Source: Chlamydiota bacterium (GTDB lineage Bacteria; Chlamydiota; Chlamydiia; Chlamydiales; SM23-39). From it: DNA of 64,000 bases. Below, piece by piece: positions 38,781-48,508 of this stretch (the stretch's first letter is position 1; every line of letters starts with the position of its first letter). A program made the translations under genes and the position numbers. Where the stretch lies: NCBI GenBank assembly GCA_038534095.1, contig JBCAXK010000002.1, positions 1-64,000 on the forward strand. The letters are read 5' to 3'. The notes under the pieces were generated by a model. It was given only the letters and a program-made list of their open reading frames with translations, searched no databases and was not told where the DNA came from.

Positions 38781-40405
38781 CGGGGGTTTTCCAGCTTTTC
38801 TTGCTTCCGTTGCTCCTGATTGAGCCGTCCTAGTGGGTATCCATCGTAATCGACAAATTTGAAAAAGCGCTCAAACTGGGGCTCTTTTTCACAAACCTGA
38901 CGGGCCATTTCTTGGGCAAGGTAACGGTAACTTGGGTGGCCTGCTGGAGAGGATCGCAGCTCACACATCCATTGCAAAGCTCGAAGATTCACATGGAAAT
39001 ACCAGCGGACATTGTACCCCATTGGGACAATGTACTGCGCCTCTTCGGGCAATTCTTGCGCAATCATTTTGTAGGCCTCTTTTGCCCGATTCATCGCAGA
39101 GATGTAGGGCTTTTCTAGGTCGGTGTGCAAAATTTCTGGGGGGATGAAGTAGCCATAATTGCACGTGAGGAGCTGCCGCTCTTGGGTGAGGAGTCTGTGC
39201 CTATGTAGATCTCTATAGACCCCAAAATCGGCTACAATTTCAAAGGTGTAGTTCGCATGTTCTAAGGCTCTCGGTGACTTATGTCGCCGATTTTCACGGG
39301 GCATCGACGCTGCGTCTAAAATCCTTAAGAGGTCTTCTTCTCCCATCTCCTTACAAAGGGCTGTCAGCTGCTGCAAAGAGGCTGAGGAGCCTTGAAACAG
39401 AAGCGCAGCGGCTACTTTGTACACCGCTTCTTTATCGTAATCGGCGAGAGTAACCCCAGGGCGGCTTTGCTGGCTGATCTCTTCTGTGTGGCTCGTAGAG
39501 AGCTGCAAAAGCTCTTTTTGCATCTCTTCATGAAACTCAGCGTTTGCTTCTTGGTATTTATGGCCTAGAGCCGCCCTACGAATGAACGAGGGGATCACTT
39601 TGCTAAGCTCGGCTTGCGTCGATTTACCAAGCTCACTGAGCTCAGCTAGGTTGTTCCTATGCATTTTTTGTATCAAGGTTTCAAAAAAGCGCCCATTGCC
39701 GAAAACGCCCATATTCGTGAGGGTGGAGGCAGGAAGAAGTCCGCGCAAGCAGTCGAGCACCTTTGCTCGTAAAGAAGCGTTATAGGCCAATTTTGAAATG
39801 TGATGATTTTTCGGGAATTTTTGTTCGATCAGTTCGGTCAGTTGAGGAATGAGTAGCTTGTAGGTATCGAACAAATGGTCGCATGTCTCCAAGTACAAGT
39901 CTCGGTAGGCGGAGGTGAGGAGAATCGGTTCTTGGTAGTAAAGGTACTCACCGTTGATTTTTTGATCAAAATAGATGTACCTTGTCGATTTTTCTAAAGG
40001 AGAGCCTCCAATCCGAGCATCTTCGATCACTTTGGCCGCAAGCATCGATATATTTTCTATCGCAAGGTGCGCTCCCCCCAGTTCTGCGATCGAATCATCT
40101 CCGTAACCATCTAAAATACGATCGTAAAAGTTTTTTGCTTTTTTGATGGCAATCATTTGCTCATCTTGTTGGGGTGACTTACACCGACCTGCAATCTCCT
40201 GAAAAGAGGTATCCTCGTTCATGATGAACTCTTTGAGTAGTAAAGAACGGAGTCCCAGAGTCGACCTGGAGTAGCGCGAAAAAAGAGCGCCTTTGATCAC
40301 TTCGGGAAGGTTCCTTAGCACAAAAACATTGCTTGTTGTGCTCGACACAAATTGGTGTAAAATTTTAATCTGACTTTCAGAGAATTCTTCGTAATTCTGC
40401 GTCAT
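38777..40405 (-). CDS. thyX: FAD-dependent thymidylate synthase, long chlamydial two-domain type
   Basis: GALFSRYSRS, YGDDSIAEL, LEKSTRY, YRDLHRHR, ELRS; 542 aa. Confidence 0.9.
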   Translation of the reverse strand: MTQNYEEFSESQIKILHQFVSSTTSNVFVLRNLPEVIKGALFSRYSRSTLGLRSLLLKEFIMNEDTSFQEIAGRCKSPQQDEQMIAIKKAKNFYDRILDGYGDDSIAELGGAHLAIENISMLAAKVIEDARIGGSPLEKSTRYIYFDQKINGEYLYYQEPILLTSAYRDLYLETCDHLFDTYKLLIPQLTELIEQKFPKNHHISKLAYNASLRAKVLDCLRGLLPASTLTNMGVFGNGRFFETLIQKMHRNNLAELSELGKSTQAELSKVIPSFIRRAALGHKYQEANAEFHEEMQKELLQLSTSHTEEISQQSRPGVTLADYDKEAVYKVAAALLFQGSSASLQQLTALCKEMGEEDLLRILDAASMPRENRRHKSPRALEHANYTFEIVADFGVYRDLHRHRLLTQERQLLTCNYGYFIPPEILHTDLEKPYISAMNRAKEAYKMIAQELPEEAQYIVPMGYNVRWYFHVNLRALQWMCELRSSPAGHPSYRYLAQEMARQVCEKEPQFERFFKFVDYDGYPLGRLNQEQRKQEKLENPR

Positions 40406-40589
40406 CTAGTCCTCATCTCATGGATCGTTTTCTACAAGACTGCCATAGTCTTCCAGCAGGGATCAAGGAAAATCCTACAGAAAAAAGCTGCTCAAAATTT
40501 TGCAGACAGGTAAAAGAAAATTTACCAGGAGGTTTTCTTTGAAATTGACGCCAGGCGCTCCCTTTATCCCCCTTTCAAAGGAAGGGGCA

Positions 40590-41564
40590 TTGACCATTCC
40601 AACAAGACTTCGTAGGCTCCGCAGCAAAAAAACTCTACGCGGCCTTGTCCAAGAAACACTCTTAACAAAACGGGATTTTGTCCTCCCCCTATTCTTGATC
40701 GAAGGACAGGGGAAAAAAGTTCCTATTGCCTCGATGCCTGGCATTTTTCGCTATTCGATCGATCAGGCTCTTGAGCAAATACAGGCCTATTTTGATCAAG
40801 GAATTGGAACGTTTGCCCTGTTTCCTTGTTTACCTCATGAAAAGAAATCTTGGACGGGAAAAGAAGCCTTTACCAAACATGCCCTGATCCCCAAAGCGCT
40901 GACTTTTTTCAGGCGGTTTGTGCCAGAAGCGTGCCTCATCGCCGATGTGGCTCTTGACCCCTTCACTTCTCATGGACACGACGGCATTTTAGGGGAAAAT
41001 CACGAAGTGCTCAACGATGTAACGGTCCACTATTTAGCAAAAATGGCTCTCCTCTACGCAAACTCGGGCGCAGACATGGTGGCGCCTAGCGACATGATGG
41101 ATGGTAGGGTGCTTCGGATCCGTCAGATGTTAGATGAAGGCAAGTCGCACAATACTGCGATCTTAGCCTACAGCGCAAAGTACGCCTCCTGCTTTTACAA
41201 GCCTTTCCGTGAAGCCTTAGATTCCGCTCCTGCTGGGGATAAAAAATCGTACCAGCTAGATCCGGCCAATCAAAGAGAGGCTTTGCTCGAAGCGCATCTC
41301 GATGAAGAGGAGCACGCCGATATTCTCATGGTGAAACCTGCGGGAATGTATTTAGATGTGATTCAAAGCATCCGAAAACAGACAAAAAGACCCTTGGCTG
41401 CCTATCACGTGAGTGGGGAGTACGCCATGGTGATGGCCGCGCACCAGCAGGGGATTTTGGTCGCGAAAGAGGCATTTCTTGAAATCCTTACGAGCATCAA
41501 AAGGGCGGGAGCCGACCTGATTTTTTCCTACGCTTTAGATCATGTTTTGGGCGAGTTGCTTTAG
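40590..41564 (+). CDS. hemB: Porphobilinogen synthase (type without zinc-binding cysteines)
   Basis: RLRRLR, DVALDPFTSHGHDG, APSDMMDG, YSAKYAS, MVKPA, AYHVSGEY. TTG 40590 follows a purine-rich RBS. Confidence 0.96.
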   Translation: MTIPTRLRRLRSKKTLRGLVQETLLTKRDFVLPLFLIEGQGKKVPIASMPGIFRYSIDQALEQIQAYFDQGIGTFALFPCLPHEKKSWTGKEAFTKHALIPKALTFFRRFVPEACLIADVALDPFTSHGHDGILGENHEVLNDVTVHYLAKMALLYANSGADMVAPSDMMDGRVLRIRQMLDEGKSHNTAILAYSAKYASCFYKPFREALDSAPAGDKKSYQLDPANQREALLEAHLDEEEHADILMVKPAGMYLDVIQSIRKQTKRPLAAYHVSGEYAMVMAAHQQGILVAKEAFLEILTSIKRAGADLIFSYALDHVLGELL

Positions 41565-41587
41565 AAAGCTTAAGGCCCCAAAAGCGC

Positions 41588-43723
41588 TCAATAGCAGGGA
41601 AGGAGGCACCCTAAACGGTCGTCGTAAATCGTTTGGTAGAGAGGCTCCCCTGTAGAAGCGATCGCTCCCACATCTCGAAGGCGAGCGGGAAGGGAGTAGC
41701 CCCACCTCTTTTTGCTGCTTTTATTGAGAAAAAGATCGAGCGGCACCGAAAAAGCAATCCCCTTATCAAAATACCTCTTCCCATCCACCCAATCTACTCC
41801 GCTTGTGTAAGTGATCCAGAAACCGACTTGACATCCTGAAGGAAACGTCTTTTCTATTTGAAAACGGGCTCCCCGGTCTTTGGCAAGAAATTGCCCGAGT
41901 TTACAAGAAAAATTGACCGCATGATGGGGCAGCTCGTAATGGAAACTCAGAAAGTACTGCAATCCGTAGTAGGGAACATACTTGGGAGAACACCCTTCGA
42001 ATTTCCGGATGTTTTTTTGTATACCTAGGCCGTTATAGGCTCTTTTCGCAAGGGCGGCTGCTTCTACGCCGAGCGCAAAGGGGCTTCCTACAGGATACAG
42101 CAATAGCTCAGAAGCAAGTCCCAGATAGGCCACCTCAAAATATCCCAAACTCATCTTAGCAAAGACTCCCCCACCTACGTTCCAGTTTTTCTGCAAAAAC
42201 GCCCGATCTAGGTGGAGAGAGGAGCTGTTTTGGTACAAAGGGGTATCTGAGCGAACATTGATGATCTGCGAGGGACTGGAAAGATCGGCCTCCGAAGAGC
42301 CGGTCGACTTTATGATGTATTTCGCAGAAAATGCGTAGTAGACGCTATCGAACAAATACCCATCGAGCGAACCTTGGATGCCCGCTGCGTACTCGATTTT
42401 TCCAAAAGAGCCTCCAAAGTAGGTTTGAAAAATCGGCTGAATCGTGTAGAGAATCACCGGTTTTTTTCGGGCGTAAAGAAGGCGCGCGGAATAAGGGGTA
42501 GGAAGGGCTTGCACTTCCTGCATAGACGTCAGCAAGCTAAGCTCATACTCGCCCATTTTTCCCACAACATACCGATCCAAAATAGCGCGGCTTATCTCAT
42601 ATTCTTGAAGAGGAATCCCACTACTTTCTACAATCACCCTCGTTGAGGTGATTGTTTCAGGAAGGATCTGGGATAAAATCGCGCTCACCCTCTTCCGAAC
42701 AGCTGGTTCTTGCCTGTAGGTACTATTGACAATCCGTATCCACAAAATGCCTTGTTTTTGGGCGAGATAGAACAAATCGAAGCCCTGCTCGGCAAATGCG
42801 ACGCGCAGCTCTTTTACAAAATCGGGCTGAGATGCGAAAGCCCCTAACGGCGCTTCCCTCGATGAAGCAGCGTAGAGAGGAGGGTCTTTCGTTTTCGGAA
42901 AAAATCCGCAGCTCCCTCCCAAATCGTAAGAAAAAGCGGCTTCCCCTACAAGGTGTTTTCCCCCGCTCGTAGAATTTTTTGTCCCAATTCTTGCGGTAAG
43001 AGCGTTCCAAAAACCGCAGGAAATTCCTACATTGACCGGAATCTTTGGGGAACTTCCTGCAAGAAAAGGGTTCTTGTAGCGGCTATACTCCACCTGAAAA
43101 CAAAGTGAGGTCCCTTCGGGGAGGGACTTAGACAATGGGCTCCACTGGACAGCTCCAAACAAACCGCGCAGATTTCCTGCCCCCCAGCCCACACTCAGCT
43201 CTAGGTCGCTCGTTAAAAAAGATTTTGTCCCTACTGCGTAAAAAGAAAATCCAGCGGGGTCCCCTAAAATAGCGTCCCAACCAAGGGAGATTTCGGGCAA
43301 GGAGGGCAGGCCGTCTTCTGCCTGCAAAAGAGCGTATTTGATGCTAGCAAATTTTTTTGCCATTGTTGCCGTGCCATCTCCGCAAAGAGCTCTCTCCACC
43401 TGTTTTTTTAGGTAGGTATACTGGCCGCGCACCTCAAGTCTTGGGAAAAGCTGGATAGAGGCGCTGTAGAGGTCAGCAGAAGAGCTGTAAGCGCCCACCA
43501 GACCGACCGTCCCCTCTTTTTGCATACGGGCTGAAGGGAGATCCAAATAACCGACCGTGCCAAAGCGGTTGTAGCGCATGGGAAGAGCCCGCTCTGTTTC
43601 TTGATCGATGAAAGAGGCTTGTTCGAGATCTGCTAAAAGCGACTCTGTTTTTTCCCAATCGCCTAAGGCGTACGCGCACACCTGGAAAGAAAAAAGAAGA
43701 TAAAACAGCAGCCATCTGTTCAT
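41588..43723 (-). CDS. YjbH-domain outer-membrane protein (exopolysaccharide-associated family)
   Basis: Signal peptide from ATG 43723; GYLDLPSARM, NVRSD, GYFEVAY, GQFLAKDRG, FDKGIAFSVPLD. Confidence 0.8.
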   Translation of the reverse strand: MNRWLLFYLLFSFQVCAYALGDWEKTESLLADLEQASFIDQETERALPMRYNRFGTVGYLDLPSARMQKEGTVGLVGAYSSSADLYSASIQLFPRLEVRGQYTYLKKQVERALCGDGTATMAKKFASIKYALLQAEDGLPSLPEISLGWDAILGDPAGFSFYAVGTKSFLTSDLELSVGWGAGNLRGLFGAVQWSPLSKSLPEGTSLCFQVEYSRYKNPFLAGSSPKIPVNVGISCGFWNALTARIGTKNSTSGGKHLVGEAAFSYDLGGSCGFFPKTKDPPLYAASSREAPLGAFASQPDFVKELRVAFAEQGFDLFYLAQKQGILWIRIVNSTYRQEPAVRKRVSAILSQILPETITSTRVIVESSGIPLQEYEISRAILDRYVVGKMGEYELSLLTSMQEVQALPTPYSARLLYARKKPVILYTIQPIFQTYFGGSFGKIEYAAGIQGSLDGYLFDSVYYAFSAKYIIKSTGSSEADLSSPSQIINVRSDTPLYQNSSSLHLDRAFLQKNWNVGGGVFAKMSLGYFEVAYLGLASELLLYPVGSPFALGVEAAALAKRAYNGLGIQKNIRKFEGCSPKYVPYYGLQYFLSFHYELPHHAVNFSCKLGQFLAKDRGARFQIEKTFPSGCQVGFWITYTSGVDWVDGKRYFDKGIAFSVPLDLFLNKSSKKRWGYSLPARLRDVGAIASTGEPLYQTIYDDRLGCLLPCY

Positions 43724-43839
43724 GAAAAAGGAGAAAATTGGCACTGAGGTTCCTTGTGAAGGGGGCTCTATAGGCGCGTTTTGTAAAACTTCTTTTACAA
43801 AGGGATCTCTTCTAATAAATCTTTGGAAAAACCCTTCTG

Positions 43840-43868
43840 TTGAAGGTTTTACTGTATTGTTATACAAT
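43840..43868 (+). promoter_or_regulatory. Putative sigma66 promoter of greA
   Basis: TTGAAG-N17-TACAAT, ending 30 nt upstream of ATG 43899. Confidence 0.55.
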
Positions 43869-43898
43869 TTTTCCATAAGAAAATTTTGGGAAGAATCG

Positions 43899-46040
43899 AT
43901 GACTTATCTTGCGGACTTTATTACACGAATTGAAAAGAATGACTATCCTGGCTTTTTAAAACTTTGGGAAGAGTATTGTTACAGCGATGAGTTTGACATC
44001 GACGAGTACAAAAAAATCTTACAAACAGCTTTAAACTCACCGCTAGCTGCTCCTTTTGGAAAACATGTGGAAAAAGGGCTCATTCTTTGGAAGAAATTGA
44101 GCACTCCAAAAGAGGCTTTTGAAGTTTTGAAGCTCATTTTTCAAATTCAAACGACCCATTCTGAATCACTCTATGAAGTCGGCACCGAATGTTTACAAAA
44201 AATGTATCCAAATGATCCGAATTTTCAAGAAAAAATCCGCATGGTTGGTCTCCGCCCTGGAGAAAATTTTCAGGGGGCTTTAAGCAATTATGAACTACTC
44301 ACCCACCTAAAAAAGGGGAACTTTGTCTACCATAATGGGGGCTGGGGCGCGAGTGAAATCCTCGAAGTCTCCGTAATCCGAGAAGAGCTTGCTCTCGAAT
44401 GTGAACAGGTAGTTGGTACGAAACACCTCTCTTTTGCAAACGCTTTTAAAACGCTCATCCCCATTGGAAAGGACCATTTTCTCGCTAGACGTTTTGGAGA
44501 TCCCGATCTTTTAGAAAAACAAGCAAAAGAACATCCAACCGAAGTTCTTCGCTCTCTTCTACGGGATTTAGGCCCTAAAACAGCCGCAGAAATCAAAGAA
44601 GAGCTCTTAGACCTTGTCATCCCTGAAAAAGACTGGAATCGCTGGTGGCAAAATACACGTAGCAAACTCAAAAAAGATACGAAGATCTCTTGCCCAAAAA
44701 CTTTACGCCTTCCGTTTACCCTGCTCGATCAAGCCATTCCTCACGAGGTAGCCTTTTATAAAGCCCTTGAAGCCAAACCCGATGTTCCGACAACGATTCA
44801 GATGGTCTACACGTTCTTGCGCGACTTTTCAGAAACATTGAAAAACGAAGAGTTCAAAACGTCCTTAGAAAAAAGAATTCAAGATCTTTTACAGGAAGAA
44901 AATCTGCGAGATGGAGAGCGCCTTTCTCTCCTCTTTTTCCTCGAAGATTTGAAAGTACAGGAAAAAAGAGCGTCTTTAAACGAGCTAATCAAAAAGATTG
45001 AAGATCCCGATGCGTTCATCAAGACTGTCGATATCGTGGCATTCAAAAAACGTGCCCTAACTTTGATGCGGTCTTTGCGTGAGGATTGGGAAACGATCTT
45101 CCTCTCCCTTCTCTTTACCGTCGAACAAAATATTGCCCGCGACTATCTACTACAAGAAATTGCTACGCTGCCCGGTTTTGAAGAAAAAGTGACCTATCTT
45201 TTAGAACATCCCATCTCTTATCCCGACGTGTTTGTCTGGTACTTTCAAAAGCTTATCGAAGAAAAAAGTACCCTTCCCTACGCCTCTCCAGAGGGGCGAG
45301 CCCAATTTTTTGAGGGGTTTTTGATTCTTCTCGATTATGTTGGGAAAAAAAATGAGCACAAAGACCTCGCAAAAAAAATGCTCTCGATTCTTTTACACAA
45401 TCGTTACAAAGTGGTTCGGGATACGATGCGCGGTTCGACATTAGAACAGGTTCGCGAGTTTTTGCTCCTTTCTACCAAATGCCGACTTCTTTCTGACCAC
45501 GACATCAAAATCATCTACTCTCTTGCAGAGGTCGTTTATCCGAAACTGGCTAAAGATCGTAAACAAGATGAGGTCGATGAAGAGATCTTTTGGACAACAG
45601 AAAAGGGGTATCAAACAATCAAACAGCGGATAGAACGGATTGCTACGGTGGAAACGGTAGAAAATGCAAAAGAAATTGAAGAAGCTCGCTCTCATGGAGA
45701 TTTGCGAGAAAACTCTGAATTCAAATTCGCACTTGAGAAAAGAGCTCGCCTCCAGTCGGAACTGAAATCCCTTTCAGATCAGCTGCAAAGCGCTCGAATC
45801 ATCACAAAAGCCGATATTCCCCAAGATTTTGTCGGAATTGGGTGCGTGGTCGATTGTGAAGATCAAAAAAAACAGGTACAAACATTCACCATTTTGGGGC
45901 CGTGGGACGCAGATCCTGAACAAAACATCCTCTCTTTTCAGTCGAAAATTGCGAAAGTGATGCATGGTCTCCGTATTGGGGAAACCTTTTCTTTTCAGGG
46001 CGATGAGTTTAAGATCATGAAAATCACAAGCTATCTGTAG
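43899..46040 (+). CDS. greA: Transcription elongation factor GreA, long chlamydial form
   Basis: C-terminal ARSHGDLRENSEF and ILGPWDAD...SKIA; ~560-aa N-terminal extension typical of Chlamydiae. Confidence 0.92.
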   Translation: MTYLADFITRIEKNDYPGFLKLWEEYCYSDEFDIDEYKKILQTALNSPLAAPFGKHVEKGLILWKKLSTPKEAFEVLKLIFQIQTTHSESLYEVGTECLQKMYPNDPNFQEKIRMVGLRPGENFQGALSNYELLTHLKKGNFVYHNGGWGASEILEVSVIREELALECEQVVGTKHLSFANAFKTLIPIGKDHFLARRFGDPDLLEKQAKEHPTEVLRSLLRDLGPKTAAEIKEELLDLVIPEKDWNRWWQNTRSKLKKDTKISCPKTLRLPFTLLDQAIPHEVAFYKALEAKPDVPTTIQMVYTFLRDFSETLKNEEFKTSLEKRIQDLLQEENLRDGERLSLLFFLEDLKVQEKRASLNELIKKIEDPDAFIKTVDIVAFKKRALTLMRSLREDWETIFLSLLFTVEQNIARDYLLQEIATLPGFEEKVTYLLEHPISYPDVFVWYFQKLIEEKSTLPYASPEGRAQFFEGFLILLDYVGKKNEHKDLAKKMLSILLHNRYKVVRDTMRGSTLEQVREFLLLSTKCRLLSDHDIKIIYSLAEVVYPKLAKDRKQDEVDEEIFWTTEKGYQTIKQRIERIATVETVENAKEIEEARSHGDLRENSEFKFALEKRARLQSELKSLSDQLQSARIITKADIPQDFVGIGCVVDCEDQKKQVQTFTILGPWDADPEQNILSFQSKIAKVMHGLRIGETFSFQGDEFKIMKITSYL

Positions 46041-46133
46041 AAAATACGCTCTTCTGAGGAAGGTCTTCATGGTTCGAATATTCTTATCTATGCTACAGTT
46101 AACGAGGTATCAATTAGGATCTGGAGAACCTTC

Positions 46134-46751
46134 ATGCCTTCTGTAAAAAAACCCTCAAGCTTGCTCATTGCAAGCAAAAACCTGCATAAAATCCGAGAAA
46201 CCAAAGATATTCTCAAAGAGGTTCTCGCAATCGATCTATTCACTTTGCGTGATTTTCCCACCTACGCTCCTGCCGAAGAATCGGGAGGAACCTTTGAAGA
46301 GAATGCGATCCTCAAAGCAACTCAAGCAGCGACAGAACTTGGCATGCCCACTCTAGCCGATGATTCTGGGATTGTTGTCCCAGCTTTGCAAGGAAAGCCG
46401 GGCATTTTTTCCTCAAGGTACGCAGGTCTTGAAGCAACCGACGCAGACAACCGAAAAAAACTGCTATTGGATATGGAAGATTTTTTAGAAGAAGATCGTT
46501 TTGCCTATTACCACTGTTCGATTGCGTTTTCTACTCCAGACAAATTGCAAAAGTGTTCTGAAGGAAAATGTGAGGGCAAACTACTCACCCAAGAGCGGGG
46601 AGGCGATGGTTTTGGTTACGACCCTCTATTTGTCAAGCATGAGTATAGTAAAACGTTTTCCGAACTCAAAGAATCGATCAAAAATCGGATTTCTCATAGA
46701 AGGAAAGCTCTCGACAAAATCCTCCCCTTTTTAGATGCTTTCTACTCATAA
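46134..46751 (+). CDS. rdgB: Non-canonical purine NTP pyrophosphatase (RdgB/HAM1)
   Basis: ASKNLHKIRE, TFEENA, ADDSG, GFGYDPLF, KNRISHR. Confidence 0.95.
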   Translation: MPSVKKPSSLLIASKNLHKIRETKDILKEVLAIDLFTLRDFPTYAPAEESGGTFEENAILKATQAATELGMPTLADDSGIVVPALQGKPGIFSSRYAGLEATDADNRKKLLLDMEDFLEEDRFAYYHCSIAFSTPDKLQKCSEGKCEGKLLTQERGGDGFGYDPLFVKHEYSKTFSELKESIKNRISHRRKALDKILPFLDAFYS

Positions 46752-47222
46752 ATGCACTATCTTGTTGATGGTTACAACCTCCTTTTTTCCCTGCAAGACT
46801 CGGAAGATCTGCGAAAAAACCGGGAACAGTTCTTACAAACATTAGAAGACCATGTTCGTGTATTTCGCTCTCTTGTCACGATCGTTTTTGATGGAAAAAG
46901 TGCTTACGGTGAAGAAAGTGGTTACGCCTATTTTTCCTCATTCTTAGTCGTCTTTTCCCCGCACAATCAAACAGCCGATGAGTACATCGTAGAAAAAATT
47001 CTTTTTTCTTCCTCTCCAGCGAATTTTACCGTTATTACACAAGACAAAGCCTTGATCCAATCGGTCAGAAAAGCAAAGGCCCACACCAAACCGGTCCAAT
47101 GGTTTTTACGTTGGGTAGAAAAGCATGCCGATCAAGCAGAAGAAAAGCCTTTAGGAGACACTCCCTTCCATAAAAGCCGGCTGCAGAAGATTTTTGAAAA
47201 AAAATGGCGAGAAAAAGAGTAA
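46752..47222 (+). CDS. NYN domain (YacP/Rae1-like) putative ribonuclease
   Basis: LVDGYNL, IVFDG, TADEYI, VITQD. Confidence 0.85.
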   Translation: MHYLVDGYNLLFSLQDSEDLRKNREQFLQTLEDHVRVFRSLVTIVFDGKSAYGEESGYAYFSSFLVVFSPHNQTADEYIVEKILFSSSPANFTVITQDKALIQSVRKAKAHTKPVQWFLRWVEKHADQAEEKPLGDTPFHKSRLQKIFEKKWREKE

Positions 47223-47557
47223 CGACTACCTTGACTCACCAAAGCTGATAGAGTCTTCTCACACTTTGTGGAGAGGCTCGCATTTACCAAAAAGCACGAA
47301 AAGCCTTTTGGGGCGCTTCGCAGCCTTCAGCTAAAATATAGGGCGATTCGATCGGGTCATTTTAGTGATGGAAAGAACTGTTGATCGCTACTTGGTTGGC
47401 GCGATCCTCTTTTCAAAACTCCCCTTGGTACAAAAGGGAAAGCGTAGTGAAATCACTTTCCTAGAAGCGGATGCGCCGCGCGCCTTACCTCTTTTGAGAA
47501 AATTCTTGAAAACAACCTTCTTCATGTGAAAGAATTTTAGAAATTTTTTAGGATTGT

Positions 47558-48508
47558 ATGTTAGAAGCCTTAAACCCTTTAAGCCCTTTTGTTTCTACAA
47601 GCACTCCATATCTACTCATCAGCGTATCGACCAGAGAGGATTCGGCCCACACGCTCGAGTACTTACAATCTTTTCATAACAATCTTTTCTCCAAAAACAT
47701 CTACCACTATTTACTTTTTGAGTTATTCACGAATGCATGTGCCTGTATCTCCTACTATTTTTCTCCCAGATCTTCTGTAAAGTGGCAAAAGTTTGCGTGG
47801 ACTGCTATAGTGATCATCATCGTAAATGAGCTGTATTGGCATGAGCCGCCACAAGACAAATCTTTTGATGAAATTCACCGTTGGAAAGTAGGCAATACAG
47901 CAAAAAAGCTTGTGCGTATTGTTCGTGAAAACGAGATCGGCGCAGCGAAAAAGGTGGCCGAACAACATCTAAAAACCTACCTGCTCACCGATAGCGTTCA
48001 AGAAAATTTCTTTAAAACAGCCATTCCTGCATTTGTCCACGCCTTTTCACACGCTACTCTGATCACAAATCAACAGCTCGAGGACATTTTTAAGAAATCC
48101 GAAGCTTCAGCAAAACGGAAAAAAGAGATCCGTCGGTGGTTCAACAATCAAAAAACGCCCACGAAAACTAGCGAAGAACTTTGTTCGGTCATAGAAAATG
48201 CGGTCAAGCAACCTTTCAAATACACAAAAAATACAGAATCTAAATTGCTTCGAGCAGACTCCTTCGATCAAGGAGAAAAAATGCGAATACAATATTTTAG
48301 CAGATATATTTTATCGGTTTTTTCTATACGAACTGCCCTTCAGGCGTCGGTGAATTACACACGAGATCCACTGAGCTCTTTTTATGCTGCGCTATTTGTA
48401 ACACTTACTTGGAGGGAACATTACAAACAGCCTCAACATCTCCCAACAAATAGCCCACCTAGTAAAACTCCTTTAGAGGCAAAAACGGTCCATTTAGATA
48501 GAAACTAG
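47558..48508 (+). CDS. Hypothetical membrane protein, Inc-like candidate
   Basis: 316-aa orphan with two paired hydrophobic regions separated by a charged helical region. Confidence 0.7.
   Translation: MLEALNPLSPFVSTSTPYLLISVSTREDSAHTLEYLQSFHNNLFSKNIYHYLLFELFTNACACISYYFSPRSSVKWQKFAWTAIVIIIVNELYWHEPPQDKSFDEIHRWKVGNTAKKLVRIVRENEIGAAKKVAEQHLKTYLLTDSVQENFFKTAIPAFVHAFSHATLITNQQLEDIFKKSEASAKRKKEIRRWFNNQKTPTKTSEELCSVIENAVKQPFKYTKNTESKLLRADSFDQGEKMRIQYFSRYILSVFSIRTALQASVNYTRDPLSSFYAALFVTLTWREHYKQPQHLPTNSPPSKTPLEAKTVHLDRN

Noticed and set aside
40406..40589. thyX-hemB gap as the origin, by analogy with Chlamydia genomes numbered from hemB
   Set aside because: No DnaA-box-like cluster is visible here; the array at 63 kb is the better candidate.
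43722..43898. Head-to-head overlapping N-terminal extensions of greA and the YjbH gene in the ORF track
   Set aside because: Better starts at 43899 and 43723 leave an ordinary divergent promoter region.
47223..47557. Weak similarity to the 1280-1460 intergenic region (reverse complement)
   Set aside because: Only short scattered matches; cannot be distinguished from chance without an alignment.
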